Shown here piece after piece: positions 27,233 through 37,070 of a DNA stretch of 64,000 nt. Under the pieces are notes generated by a model. The model worked only from the letters and a program-made list of their open reading frames with translations. It had not been told where the DNA came from and did no database searches. Source of the stretch: a virus; IMG/VR virus record IMGVR_UViG_3300010052_000207, positions 6,790 through 70,789 of that record; one strand, given 5' to 3'. The position numbers and the translations under genes were made by a program. Positions within the stretch are counted from its first letter, which is position 1, and each line of letters starts with the position of its first letter.

Positions 27233-28428
27233 CAGAGCCTGCGGATGCGGAATTCGGCCTGCGGCACGGAGAACTTGCTCACGGCGAGGGCAAGGGCGCA
27301 AACGGCGTCGTCGTGCTGACCCTGGGGGGCACTGTAGCGCACGCCGGTGCGGCTGTATTCAAACTCGAACTGCTCCAATTCCATGGCGATGATCCCATCC
27401 GGGTACGTGATGCGCCCCTGTTGGATGGCGACCGCCAATCCCTCCATGAGCTGCTGTTTGCTTTGGCTGCTGAATTTGAAGCCCTCGAAGTTCCCGCCGC
27501 CCTGTTGAAGTGCCTCAAGCACCGGGTCACCGACGCCGGTTGAGTCCACCAGGGCCGGGGTCCCGCCAGTCAGTTGCTTGATTCGCAGGATGGTTTCCTG
27601 CCACGGCATCTGGAACCGCTCGAGGCGGCAGACCTTGCCCAGATCATCGAGGGCGATTCCCACGCACCAGTCGACTGACTTGGCGAGATCCCACCCCCAA
27701 ACTTTGGGCGGCCTATTCGACAGCAGGCCGACGCATTCCCGGATTGCCTGTAGGCCAAAGGGGTTGCCTCCGTCGTCGGATGGCTTGCAGAGGTAAAGCT
27801 CGTTGAATACCTGCTCGGGCAGCAGGCGTTTCGCGTCCTCGATCTCTTCCAGGGTCACCACGCCGCCGGCCACCGCGTCGTAGGCGGTGATGACGTGGTA
27901 AGCCATGTTCGGCTCGCCCGATTCGGCCTTGCGGCAGAGGTTGTAGAAGAAGTTCTTGCGGCCTTTGACGTTGCCGATCAACCGAACCGGCCCGCGTGTC
28001 GCGGTGAGGGTCGAGCGAACCGCAATCCAGGCCTCGTCCTTCGCGCGGCTGGCTTCGTCCATGACCGCGGCGTAGACGTCTTCGCCATAAAGGCTGTCAG
28101 GCTTGTCGGCGCCCTTGAACCAGATCACCGCCCCGTTGGGCAGGGTGACGGTAAGTTCGGATTCGTTGGCCGAATAGAGCTCTCGCGGCAAGTATCGCTT
28201 CAGGCGGCGGAAGGCAATCTTTGCCTGAGGAAAGATCGGGGCGACCCACCAGAAGTTCCGGCCCGGCCCACCGTTGATGGCGGCCTGCTCGAACAGCCAG
28301 GCGATGCAGGCAACGGTCTTGCCGGCCTTCGTGCTGGCCTCTACGCAACCGTATCGTTTGTCGTGGAAGATCGCCTCAAGCTGTTTGGGGTACAGCCATG
28401 GGCGCTGATATTCAATCTGTCTTTGCAT
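27232..28428 (-). CDS. terL: Terminase large subunit
   Basis: Walker A ASTKAGKT, Walker B VMDEA, nuclease WGWDLA..VDSTGVG..HDDAV. Confidence 0.95.
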   Translation of the reverse strand: MQRQIEYQRPWLYPKQLEAIFHDKRYGCVEASTKAGKTVACIAWLFEQAAINGGPGRNFWWVAPIFPQAKIAFRRLKRYLPRELYSANESELTVTLPNGAVIWFKGADKPDSLYGEDVYAAVMDEASRAKDEAWIAVRSTLTATRGPVRLIGNVKGRKNFFYNLCRKAESGEPNMAYHVITAYDAVAGGVVTLEEIEDAKRLLPEQVFNELYLCKPSDDGGNPFGLQAIRECVGLLSNRPPKVWGWDLAKSVDWCVGIALDDLGKVCRLERFQMPWQETILRIKQLTGGTPALVDSTGVGDPVLEALQQGGGNFEGFKFSSQSKQQLMEGLAVAIQQGRITYPDGIIAMELEQFEFEYSRTGVRYSAPQGQHDDAVCALALAVSKFSVPQAEFRIRRL

Positions 28429-28816
28429 CGCTCAGGGCGAGAGTGAACCGGACTGGCGTTTCACCATCTGGGTTCGCAAGGATCGTCTTGTCGCCATACT
28501 TCTTCGGGTTCCACTTGGCGAGCAATTTGAGGTCGGTGTCGATGATCAGCTTGTCGCGGTTAACATCGCCCGTCGAGTAGCCCTGATCACCCTTGGCTGT
28601 CCGGCGGAGATCGGCAGTGATCCGCTCCTCGCCGTCCTCGCGTGCATCCGCGATGGCACGCGAAAGGGTTTCGTTGGTAGCGGCCCAGCGCCGGACCGTG
28701 CTCGGGTGGGGCATCCCTTCCTGGCGGCAAATCTCTGCCAGTGGAACGCCCTCGGCCAGCTTATCGCATATCTCTTGGGCGATCTCTGGGGTGTAGCTGG
28801 TTGGTCTACCTGTCAT
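28412..28816 (-). CDS. terS: Terminase small subunit
   Basis: GRPTSYTPEIAQEICDKLAEG..W..KWNPKKYGDK pattern. Confidence 0.9.
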   Translation of the reverse strand: MTGRPTSYTPEIAQEICDKLAEGVPLAEICRQEGMPHPSTVRRWAATNETLSRAIADAREDGEERITADLRRTAKGDQGYSTGDVNRDKLIIDTDLKLLAKWNPKKYGDKTILANPDGETPVRFTLALSDAKTD

Positions 28817-28822
28817 ACAAAT

Positions 28823-28845
28823 AAAAAAGCCCGCTTGAAGCGGGC
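28823..28845 (-). terminator. Intrinsic terminator just upstream of terS
   Basis: GCCCGC-TTCAA-GCGGGC followed by TTTTTT on the minus strand. Confidence 0.8.
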
Positions 28846-28883
28846 GGTGAATTTCGGTCGCAGTTATAGCGGCCATTGGTCAG

Positions 28884-28912
28884 AGTATCACACGAAATCC
28901 ACGTACAATCAA
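28884..28912 (-). promoter_or_regulatory. Candidate late promoter TTGATT-N17-GATACT
   Basis: 17-nt spacer, about 40 nt upstream of the terminator. Confidence 0.5.
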
Positions 28913-28922
28913 GTATAAATAT

Positions 28923-29459
28923 TCAATGCGAATCCTGCTCGGCTTCCTGCCGCTTCCGCCACTCATTACGCAGGTGCTCCATGACCTCGGAGAGCCGGTT
29001 GAACGCCATGCGGTATCGCAGGGACCGCTGGTCGATCAGGAGCATCGTGCGGGGCGTCACGTGCTCGTACAGGGCTGACTCGATGAGCCCACAGGTATCG
29101 GCCCCTAGCTTTTGGATCAGCTTACAGAAGTCATCTACCTGCAGGTCGTCCTCGCTGACCATGCGGCGCATCCCCGCCATGTCGTCGTAGATCGGATTGT
29201 TCCGGAATCCGAGGCGGGAGCGGAAGATGGTCTGCCAGACCTCGTAGGTCTGCCCGTCGTGGGTGTGCTGGCTCTCAAGGGTTCCTCGCCGCTCCAATTC
29301 GTTCATGACGGTGGAGAGCTGGCGTTGCACGTAGCGAATGTTGCCGTCCTCGTCACGCTCGACCCGGAGATCGTCTTTCGATTCGCGCTCTGGGGTGATG
29401 ATGCTTTCGCCGCGCGGAAGCCACTGGGTTTGGTCGATTGAAGATTCGTTGTCCGCCAT
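28923..29459 (-). CDS. Hypothetical protein in Q-like (late regulator) position
   Basis: Last gene before the promoter-terminator pair; function inferred from position only. Confidence 0.6.
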   Translation of the reverse strand: MADNESSIDQTQWLPRGESIITPERESKDDLRVERDEDGNIRYVQRQLSTVMNELERRGTLESQHTHDGQTYEVWQTIFRSRLGFRNNPIYDDMAGMRRMVSEDDLQVDDFCKLIQKLGADTCGLIESALYEHVTPRTMLLIDQRSLRYRMAFNRLSEVMEHLRNEWRKRQEAEQDSH

Positions 29460-29537
29460 AGCCCCACCCCTAGGTCGTTTTCCGGATGGTGGCACAAGAT
29501 GGGGTGCGGCGCAAGGGGGAACGTCAGCGGGCGAAAA

Positions 29538-29854
29538 TCCAGATTCCCATCTCATCCAGATTCCCATCCAGATTCCGGGAACGTGGATTTCCATTAATGT
29601 CAGGCGGTTAGGGTGTCCATGAAGGCAAATTCCCAAATTCACACCAACTCCTCACGTCCCTACCCCCCCCCTATGTAGGTATTTTTTGCAGGGGAGTGGC
29701 ACCTGTGAATTTGGGAATTTGGATTCTATACTATATAAATATTATATATAATATAATAGTATATATAAAACCGTAGTACGAAGAATCAATAGCTTAACCG
29801 CAAATCCAAATTCCCAAAGCGAATGTGAATCTGGCGGGAACTAGGGAATCTGGA
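29538..29854. repeat. Candidate replication origin: TCCARATTCCC iterons, 17-bp inverted repeat, AT-rich core
   Basis: Copies at 29538, 29555, 29567, 29805 (+) and 29713, 29844 (-); perfect IR 29627-29643/29704-29720; near-pure AT at about 29727-29768; abuts primase 3' end. Confidence 0.7.
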
Positions 29855-29862
29855 TTGGCTGC

Positions 29863-32052
29863 TCAGCCCGCTCGATAGAACCGAACCGGCTTGCCGTTCT
29901 TACCTGGGTCTTCTTGCCGCATCTCGATCATGGCCCCGTCCACGAGGTTCTGCAGAACCTCGGTTCGTGTCCTCGGGGCGATCTCTCGCGTAGACCTAAT
30001 CAGCTCACTGTGGCCTATCCATTCACCGCCCCGCTCGACGATGACCTTGAGAACCCGCTTCTGGGTCTTCTCGTACTCGTTGGACGACACGTTCTGCCTG
30101 ATGGCTTCAACCATCCGGTTCACGCAGTCGCCGGCAACAGCGATGCCCCACCGCATCGCCTCCTCACCGATGGCGTCCCCTTCGTGGGCGACAAGGGCCA
30201 GCTTGATCGCGTGCTCGGCGGCGCGGGCATACATCGGCGACAGCCCTGTACGGGCTACAGACTCCTCGTAGGCCTTGAGTCGCATGGCTTCCATGTAGGC
30301 GGAGATGAGGTCTTCGGCCTCGGGGGTATAGGGAACCACTCGGGGGGCAATACGCAGAACGCCATCCATGTTTCCCATAGGAGAATGGTTACTGGGCGCA
30401 TCCCGCCATGCCGCATACTCGGCCACAAGCGCGTCTGGCGGAAGGGAAATGTCCTCGACGTTCTTCCGGGGATGGAGCTGGTACTCAAGCGACTCAAATA
30501 TAAGAAAACGGGCCAGGAAACCATCAAGGGCATCTTCGCCGGACAGCCCCTGATAAAACCTCTCGGGCACAGTAGTCCCGTAGATGCACAGGCAAGGCTG
30601 GTCAATCGGCGTTCGCTTCATCTTCCCGTCGTGGTTGGCGTACTGTACTCCGGCGTACTCGCTGTCGGCAGTAGAAAATATCTCCATAATATAATTGGAA
30701 ATGTCTCGCTGGTGCGTTCCGGCCTGCCGACTATTGAGGTTCGATAGAACGCGCCCGATCTCGTCCCAGAATATGATGGCCTTACCAGAGTTCTCCCGAA
30801 GCCCGGTCAGCAGGCCAGCGCCGGATGCGGGCGAGCCGGCGATGTAGGGGCGCATGTTGGCCGTGGCGAACAGGCTTGCAACGGCCTTTCGGGCGTGGTC
30901 CTTTCCTGCCCCGCTTGCCGCGATGCCGAGGGTGTAGAAGTTCGTACGAAGCCGCGTAGGCGACTGGACCTTATGTCCCATCGCGACGCCGACCGCCCCG
31001 ATTGAGGCGGCCAGAGCGAGCAGCGGAATCGGGTAGATACTGGTTTCGAGAATCCATCGCATCGTGCGACCCACCAGGCCGGGAGCGTTCAGAATTTCAG
31101 GTGAGATCGCCGTGGCGGCCGGTTGTGGTGGGCGAACAGCGGGGAGCTCGTCTCCCGGAAGGACGAACACGGCTCGGGGCCGCGGCTCTTCTGGAGGGGG
31201 CGAGACATAGCCGTGTACCTTGGCCAGGTGGTAAACCGTCCCGACGGTGATGTCGGCCCGATTAAAGCTCGCCCACTTCCCGGGCATGACCCGGCTGTCG
31301 TACTTCCCGGAACGTGCCGACCAGCGGTCCCACAAGGTGAACCCGCGTTGGCCCATCTCCTGCTTCAGGGCCATGCCGACTTGAATCCACATGTCATAGT
31401 CATCCGGCGGAATGAACGCCAGAGCCGACCAGAGCTCGTCGTCTCCCTCGCCTCGGGCTGGAGTCGGGATTGGACGCTGCTGCCATGCCGGGGTGATGTA
31501 CTTGGGAGCAAACAGGGCCAGCACTTCGCGGTACACATCTGCCGGGATGGTCGGGAGGGCCTCGGGCGGAGTGTCCTCAAGCGTGGCCGGGGTTATCCAC
31601 TCGTAGGGCCTCCCGTTATCTGGATGGAGGCTCGGCGGCAACACCGTCTGCTTGCCGCTCGCCAAGACGTCGAGAACGCGCACGCCGTCCACGGACAAGC
31701 CCTTGCTGGCCTCGCCGCTGAAGCGGTACATGGCGGTAAAACCCTTTGCTCCGCGTTTTTTTACGGGGGAGTCGGGAATCATGTCGATGATGCGGGCCTG
31801 CATCCCGTTCACGTCGTTGTCAAAGTCCAGGGCCATGATCCCAGAAGCCGGACCGAGGCATATCCCGACATTCGCATCGGGGTAGGCGAGCCATGTGTCC
31901 CGCTCCGCCTCGGTCGCCAATCGATTGCAGTAAACCTGGGCCCAGTTGCTCCCCGCCTGGAAATGCGGCTTCTTGCTGCGGTGATAGAGGGGGATGGCCG
32001 AATAGCCGTTTGCCCACAGAGCGGGGGCCGCCGCTGCAAAGGGGGCGGTCAT
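29863..32052 (-). CDS. Bifunctional primase-polymerase with PriCT-2 and DUF3987-type helicase domain
   Basis: NVGICLG..ALDFD..VLPPSLHP (Prim-Pol), YDMWIQVGMALK..WDRWS (PriCT-2), ASGAGKD and WDEIG. Confidence 0.9.
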   Translation of the reverse strand: MTAPFAAAAPALWANGYSAIPLYHRSKKPHFQAGSNWAQVYCNRLATEAERDTWLAYPDANVGICLGPASGIMALDFDNDVNGMQARIIDMIPDSPVKKRGAKGFTAMYRFSGEASKGLSVDGVRVLDVLASGKQTVLPPSLHPDNGRPYEWITPATLEDTPPEALPTIPADVYREVLALFAPKYITPAWQQRPIPTPARGEGDDELWSALAFIPPDDYDMWIQVGMALKQEMGQRGFTLWDRWSARSGKYDSRVMPGKWASFNRADITVGTVYHLAKVHGYVSPPPEEPRPRAVFVLPGDELPAVRPPQPAATAISPEILNAPGLVGRTMRWILETSIYPIPLLALAASIGAVGVAMGHKVQSPTRLRTNFYTLGIAASGAGKDHARKAVASLFATANMRPYIAGSPASGAGLLTGLRENSGKAIIFWDEIGRVLSNLNSRQAGTHQRDISNYIMEIFSTADSEYAGVQYANHDGKMKRTPIDQPCLCIYGTTVPERFYQGLSGEDALDGFLARFLIFESLEYQLHPRKNVEDISLPPDALVAEYAAWRDAPSNHSPMGNMDGVLRIAPRVVPYTPEAEDLISAYMEAMRLKAYEESVARTGLSPMYARAAEHAIKLALVAHEGDAIGEEAMRWGIAVAGDCVNRMVEAIRQNVSSNEYEKTQKRVLKVIVERGGEWIGHSELIRSTREIAPRTRTEVLQNLVDGAMIEMRQEDPGKNGKPVRFYRAG

Positions 32053-32246
32053 GTGCGTGTGCCAGTCTGCGTGCCGGGAGTCTGGCTCTCTATAAGCCAC
32101 CTCTCAACCTCGGAGCGGATGAAACGCTTGCGCACACCGACCATGACGAAGGGTGGCTTCGACCCGTCGCCGCTCATGATTCGCCAGAGCTGGGAATAGG
32201 TGATCCCTAAAAGTTTCGCGGTCTCCTTGGCGTTCATTACCTGCAT
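32049..32246 (-). CDS. AlpA/excisionase-like HTH protein
   Basis: MNAKETAKLLGI..PPFVMVG..RFIRSEVERW. Confidence 0.8.
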   Translation of the reverse strand: MQVMNAKETAKLLGITYSQLWRIMSGDGSKPPFVMVGVRKRFIRSEVERWLIESQTPGTQTGTRT

Positions 32247-32269
32247 CGCATTCCCTCGCAAAAAACATA

Positions 32270-32298
32270 TTGACTTAGCATTTCATTGCATCTACTGT
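32270..32298 (+). promoter_or_regulatory. Promoter TTGACT-N17-TACTGT for the recombination operon
   Basis: Near-consensus elements in a divergent AT-rich intergenic region. Confidence 0.6.
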
Positions 32299-32356
32299 CC
32301 GGCTTACTACATTCCTAAACTTAAATCAACAAACAACTTATGGAACGAGGCACCCA

Positions 32357-32725
32357 ATGACCCAGGCACTTATCGACGAATGGAAGCACTGCAAGGAACA
32401 AGAAATTATCTGGAACGCCAAACGCATCGAGGTGGAGAGCAAGCTTTACGAGCAGCACCAGGCGAACCTGTCCGACAAAGGAACATACACCACCGACGAA
32501 GGCATGAAGATCACCACCGGGTTTTCGGAAGAATGGGATCAGTCGGCGCTCAGCAAGGCATATGAGCAATGGCCAGCGGATGTGAAGTTCCCCTTCGCTG
32601 GCACCTGGAAGCCCGACGGTAAGTCCATCAGCTATTTACGCGATAACGCGCCGGCACTGTACGCAGCCATGATCCAGCCGGCCCTGACGCTGAAGCCGAA
32701 GAAGCCCTCGTTCACCATTAAATAA
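32357..32725 (+). CDS. Hypothetical protein (conserved-looking phage recombination-module gene)
   Basis: RBS GAGG; ends KPKKPSFTIK. Confidence 0.75.
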   Translation: MTQALIDEWKHCKEQEIIWNAKRIEVESKLYEQHQANLSDKGTYTTDEGMKITTGFSEEWDQSALSKAYEQWPADVKFPFAGTWKPDGKSISYLRDNAPALYAAMIQPALTLKPKKPSFTIK

Positions 32726-32736
32726 GGAAGCATCCA

Positions 32737-33486
32737 ATGTTAAATCTCTCCGAAATCAAACCTGCCCGTGCCATCCTCCCCCCCCGCCTCGTGGTCTATG
32801 GCTCCCCCAAGGTCGGAAAAACGAGCTTCGCGGCCAGCATCCCCGACAATCTCATCCTCGACTTGGAGGGTGGCTCCGGGGCCTTGCCCGTTGCGCGAGT
32901 AGAGAAGGATAAGATCGCCACGCTTGCCGACGTTCTGGACGTGCTCGACGCTCTGGCCACTCAGGAGCATAGCTTTGGGGCGGTTACCCTGGACTCTGCC
33001 GACTGGCTGGAGACCTTGATCGGGAACCAGATCGCGGCCGAGGCCGGTAAGCGCCACCTCGAGGACATCCCGTACCAGGCGGGCCACAAGAAGCTGCCCG
33101 ATCTGTGGAAACAGGTATTCGATAAGCTGACGGTGTTGCGTGAGCAGCGTGGCATGGTCGTGGTCTTCATTGCTCACGATACCGTGAAACGGTACGACTC
33201 ACCCCTCACCGAGTCATACGACCGGCACCAGCTCAAGATGCACAAGCAGTCGGCGGACATCCTCACCGAATGGGTGGATTGCCTGCTTTTTGCCCGCCAG
33301 AAAGTCTACATCGACAAGGCGGACGTCGGATTCAAGAAGACGATCAAGCGCGGGGTAGGCGGCGAGCGAGTGCTCCATACCGTTGAATCGCCAGCCTTCG
33401 CGGCGGGCAACCGCTACGGGATGCCGGAGGAACTCCCTCTGGATTGGGCGTCGTTCATCCAGGCGTTCAACCAGATGGCGGCGTAG
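32737..33486 (+). CDS. AAA_24 / Sak4-like ATPase
   Basis: YGSPKVGKTS Walker A, LDLEGG, TLDSADW. Confidence 0.9.
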   Translation: MLNLSEIKPARAILPPRLVVYGSPKVGKTSFAASIPDNLILDLEGGSGALPVARVEKDKIATLADVLDVLDALATQEHSFGAVTLDSADWLETLIGNQIAAEAGKRHLEDIPYQAGHKKLPDLWKQVFDKLTVLREQRGMVVVFIAHDTVKRYDSPLTESYDRHQLKMHKQSADILTEWVDCLLFARQKVYIDKADVGFKKTIKRGVGGERVLHTVESPAFAAGNRYGMPEELPLDWASFIQAFNQMAA

Positions 33487-33496
33487 AGGGGGCGGT

Positions 33497-33778
33497 ATGA
33501 CCTTAAACGAGGCAATATCTCATTTCCAGCGACTCGACCTGCCCCGCCTCACGCTCTGGCAAAGGCTCAAACTGGCGATGTCCATCCTGCTCGGCAAGGA
33601 GCCTAACTCGGCGAAGTTTTTGGCAACTTCGATTGGGTATGGCGGCTTCTCCTCTGTTGTGGCAACGGACGGGTTCAAAGAGCTCTACATCGGCGTTCCT
33701 GGTATCTGCCGCGTCTGGTTGAAAGGAGATGGAACCTACTCCCTCGACATCCCGAACGAGCAGGCTAAGCCCGCCTGA
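33497..33778 (+). CDS. Hypothetical protein
   Basis: RBS GAGGGGG; operon context. Confidence 0.55.
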   Translation: MTLNEAISHFQRLDLPRLTLWQRLKLAMSILLGKEPNSAKFLATSIGYGGFSSVVATDGFKELYIGVPGICRVWLKGDGTYSLDIPNEQAKPA

Positions 33779-33848
33779 CCGAATCGCGAGCCGGGGCGTG
33801 ACTGCACCCCGGCACACCATCAATCAACCCAAGGAAGGAACTAAACAA

Positions 33849-34355
33849 ATGGCTAATATCAACGTTGACCTGACCGAAACCGAAGCCTCAAAGCCGATGG
33901 AGGTGATGCCCCCGCATTGGGCCGTCGCCATTATCGACTCCAGCGAGGTGAAGCCGACCAAGAAGGCCAAGGAAGCGCAGGAGTACCCCACACCGGAAAA
34001 TGCGGCCAATCGTAACGACTGCCTGCTCCAGCTTACGCTGAAGATCGTCGAGGGCGAGTACAAGGGCCGTCTGCTCTGGGTGCGCCTGAACATCCGCAAC
34101 GCCAACGAGGTCGCCCAGCGTATCGCCGAAGAGGAGCTGGCCGCAATCTGCGACGCGGTGAAGCACCCGCGCAAAGTGACCGATTCCGTAACCCTGCACG
34201 GCAAGCCGATGCGCGTCAAGGTGGATGTGGAGCCCGCCAAGGACGGTCAGCCAGCCCGCAACAACGTCAAGGGCTACGAGGCTCTCGGCGGCACCGCGGC
34301 TGCGGCACCTGCGACGGGAGCGGCTCCGGCCTCCCCGGCGTGGAACCGTAAGTAA
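33849..34355 (+). CDS. DUF669-family ssDNA-binding-like protein
   Basis: LTLKIVEGEYKGRLLW..LAAICDAV..LHGKPMRVKV..NNVKGY; RBS AAGGA. Confidence 0.85.
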   Translation: MANINVDLTETEASKPMEVMPPHWAVAIIDSSEVKPTKKAKEAQEYPTPENAANRNDCLLQLTLKIVEGEYKGRLLWVRLNIRNANEVAQRIAEEELAAICDAVKHPRKVTDSVTLHGKPMRVKVDVEPAKDGQPARNNVKGYEALGGTAAAAPATGAAPASPAWNRK

Positions 34356-34390
34356 GGGAAAGGGGGCGGGCAACCGCCCCCGACTGCCTC

Positions 34391-35116
34391 ATGGCCCTTT
34401 TACCCGAGATTTTCATAGACCCGACGCTAGCCGAACTCGACCGGATTACGGAAGCCGAGGCCGCCCAGGAGCCGAGGCGGACTTACCTTGGGGCATCGTC
34501 GCTCGGCGACAAATGCGAGCGGAAGCTCTGGTATCAGTTTAACGGCTACCCGGCGTTGCCCCGGCGGGCTGCCCTCATCTACGCTGCCGACGACGGGCAT
34601 CGCTCCGAGGCGGTTATGGCGGAGCGATTGCGTCGCGTGCCCGGCGTCGAGTTGTGGACGGTGGATGAGAGCGGAAAGCAGTTCGGCTTTACTGACTACG
34701 ACCAGAAGTTCGGAGGCCACCTTGACGGGGTGATCAAGGGGCTGCTTCAGGCGCCGGCGACTCCGCACGTCTGGGAGAACAAGGCGGTCAACGAAAAGCG
34801 ACTGGCTGAGTTCAGGAAGGTTAGGGACGCTCATGGCGAGAAGGCCACGCTCATCAATTTCGACTTTAAATGGTACGTCCAGGGCCAGCTCTACATGGGC
34901 TACTTCGACCTAACCCGCCACTACCTGACGGCTTGCGCTGCCGGGGCGAGGGGGGCTGTGTCGTGTCGGACGGAGTTTGACCCGCCATTCTTTCAGGCCA
35001 TGCGAGGGAAGGCCAAGCGAATCATCGATGCGAAAGAGCCGCCGTCGCGCCTTTCGGAGCGGCCGGAGTTCTTCGAGTGCAGATGGTGCGAGTTCCGCGA
35101 TGTTTGCCATGCGTGA
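34391..35116 (+). CDS. Cas4-like PD-(D/E)XK exonuclease
   Basis: LGASSLG..C, GHLDG, WENK, Q.QLYM, terminal ECRWCEFRDVC cluster. Confidence 0.88.
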   Translation: MALLPEIFIDPTLAELDRITEAEAAQEPRRTYLGASSLGDKCERKLWYQFNGYPALPRRAALIYAADDGHRSEAVMAERLRRVPGVELWTVDESGKQFGFTDYDQKFGGHLDGVIKGLLQAPATPHVWENKAVNEKRLAEFRKVRDAHGEKATLINFDFKWYVQGQLYMGYFDLTRHYLTACAAGARGAVSCRTEFDPPFFQAMRGKAKRIIDAKEPPSRLSERPEFFECRWCEFRDVCHA

Positions 35117-35275
35117 TAACGAACAGTCAAGGGATACGATTCAATTGATGGTTGATGCTTACAATCGCACCATGTTGCATCTTCGAGGCTCTGAACGCGG
35201 CATGTCGAGAGTCGAGAAGCAGCGGCGTTCAATGCAGGCGGCACTGTTGGTGATCCAAAACGATGGGGCTTCAGC

Positions 35276-36958
35276 GTGATCGTCCCCCGCGAACAGCAGC
35301 GCCGGGCCATTGACAGCCTGTACGAATACTTCGAGCACCGGACGGGCAACCCGCTTCTCATCCTCCCCACAGGAGCCGGGAAGAGCCTCCTGCCGGCCAT
35401 CTTCTGTCAGGAAGTTCTGGCTCGGTGGCCGGATCAGCGGTTCATGGTGCTGGCCCACGTCAAGGAACTGCTTGAGCAGAATTACGAGAAGATCGTGACG
35501 ATCTGGCCGGACGCCCCGGCTGGACTCTACTCCGCAGGACTGGGTCGCCGGGAAGCTCACCGCCCCATCGTGGTGGCGGGCATCCAGTCGGCGTGGAGGA
35601 AGCCGCACGTTTTCGGCTGGCGCGACATCGTGTTCATCGACGAGTGCCACCTGCTATCGCCGGACTCGGAAAGCATGTACCAGAAGTTTCTCGCGGGGCT
35701 TCGGGCAACGAACCCGGCACTAAAAGTCATCGGGATGACCGCCACGGCGTACCGCCTCAAGACCGGGGCGATCCATCAAACGGACGGCTCGATGTTCACG
35801 GACATCGCCTGTGAGATCACTCTCCAGGAACTCCTCGACGCCGGATACATCTGCCCGCTAATCAGCCGCCCGCCGGAGGTTCAGGCAGACCTATCGTCGG
35901 TCGGGCTTGTCGGCGGGGAGTTCAATAGCGGGCAGGCCGAAGCCGCGGTGGATAACGATGAACTCACCCAGCGGATGCTCGACGAGGTCTATCGCCTCGG
36001 GGGGAACCGGAATACCTGGCTGTTCTTCTGTCAGGGCGTAAAGCACGCCCACCACGTCTGCGAGGCGCTTCGGGCCCGCGGCGAGGAGTGTGAGGTCATC
36101 ACGGGCGAGACTCCGAAGGCGGAGCGCGAAGACATCATCCGGCGGTATAAGTCGGGCCAGCTCAAACGGCTCTGTAACGCGAAGGTGCTGACGACGGGCT
36201 TCGATGCCCCGCACATCGACCTCATCGTGATGGTCGCTCCCACCATGTCGCCGGGCCTGTACGTCCAGATCTGCGGACGCGGGATGCGGACTCACCCGAG
36301 CAAGAAGGATTGCCTGGTTCTCGACTTCGTGGGAAATATCGACCGTCACGGACCGATCACCTGCGTCCGCCCGCCAAGTGCCGCGGGATCGCGCGGGGCC
36401 GGGGAACAGCACGAACGCACCTGCCAGATTTGCCCGGTGTGCCGAATGGCCTCCGAGCTGGGCACGATGGAGTGCGCCGACTGCGGTCACCTCTTCCGGC
36501 GCGAGCGGGCGGTGGACCACGACACGCAGGCGGCGACCGCCGACATCATGGCCCCGCCCCCGGAACCCGAGTGGATGCCGGTGCAGTCGGTGACCTACGC
36601 TATCAACCCCGGCAAGGCGGGCAAGCAGGATACGCTCAAGGTGACGTATTCCTGCGGCGTGCAGCAGTTCAGCGAGTGGGTGTGCTTCAACCACGCGGCG
36701 GGGTCATTCCCGCGATCCAAGGCCGAAACGTGGTGGAAGAAGCGTGCCGAGACGCCCCCACCTGCGAGCGTGGCCGTGGCTTACGGGTTGGCTGAGATGA
36801 TCCTGAAGACACCGGGTGCCATCCGGGCGATCGAGGAGGGTAAATTCTGGAGGGTGATTTCTTATGATTTCAGCAAGGCAGCAAGCGGAAATGATCCGCG
36901 ACCTGGAGCAGGCGATAGCTCACATACGGTCCCTGAAGACGAGCCGATCGTGTTCTGA
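35276..36958 (+). CDS. SF2 DEAD/DEAH helicase with zinc finger (RadD/YejH-like)
   Basis: PTGAGKS, IDECH, MTAT, LTTGFD, QICGRGMR; CPVC..CADC. Confidence 0.93.
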   Translation: MIVPREQQRRAIDSLYEYFEHRTGNPLLILPTGAGKSLLPAIFCQEVLARWPDQRFMVLAHVKELLEQNYEKIVTIWPDAPAGLYSAGLGRREAHRPIVVAGIQSAWRKPHVFGWRDIVFIDECHLLSPDSESMYQKFLAGLRATNPALKVIGMTATAYRLKTGAIHQTDGSMFTDIACEITLQELLDAGYICPLISRPPEVQADLSSVGLVGGEFNSGQAEAAVDNDELTQRMLDEVYRLGGNRNTWLFFCQGVKHAHHVCEALRARGEECEVITGETPKAEREDIIRRYKSGQLKRLCNAKVLTTGFDAPHIDLIVMVAPTMSPGLYVQICGRGMRTHPSKKDCLVLDFVGNIDRHGPITCVRPPSAAGSRGAGEQHERTCQICPVCRMASELGTMECADCGHLFRRERAVDHDTQAATADIMAPPPEPEWMPVQSVTYAINPGKAGKQDTLKVTYSCGVQQFSEWVCFNHAAGSFPRSKAETWWKKRAETPPPASVAVAYGLAEMILKTPGAIRAIEEGKFWRVISYDFSKAASGNDPRPGAGDSSHTVPEDEPIVF

Positions 36959-37070
36959 TTGCAGGCACCGCGATAACGGTGGCGTGTGCGCCCTTGCCAA
37001 TGCCGTGCCGCCGGCCGAGGTTCAGGCGTCAGGATGCGAGCTTTGGGAGTGGGACGAGTGCCCGTTCTAG
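36864..37070 (+). CDS. Small Cys-rich protein
   Basis: CSDC..C..C..WEWDECPF; overlaps helicase end in another frame. Confidence 0.65.
   Translation: MISARQQAEMIRDLEQAIAHIRSLKTSRSCSDCRHRDNGGVCALANAVPPAEVQASGCELWEWDECPF

Larger units (their letters stand above)
713..28816 (-). mobile_element. Tailed phage late operon (packaging, head, neck, long non-contractile tail, lysis)
   Basis: Co-oriented, overlapping genes in canonical siphovirus order from terS to spanins. Confidence 0.97.

Noticed and set aside
8372-28816. Gene transfer agent cluster
   Set aside because: Some tail genes are GTA-like, but replication, lysis, homing endonucleases and early genes indicate a bona fide phage
34391-35116. 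Cas4-like nuclease suggesting a CRISPR system
   Set aside because: No other cas genes and no repeat-spacer array seen; solo Cas4-like exonucleases are routine in phage recombination modules
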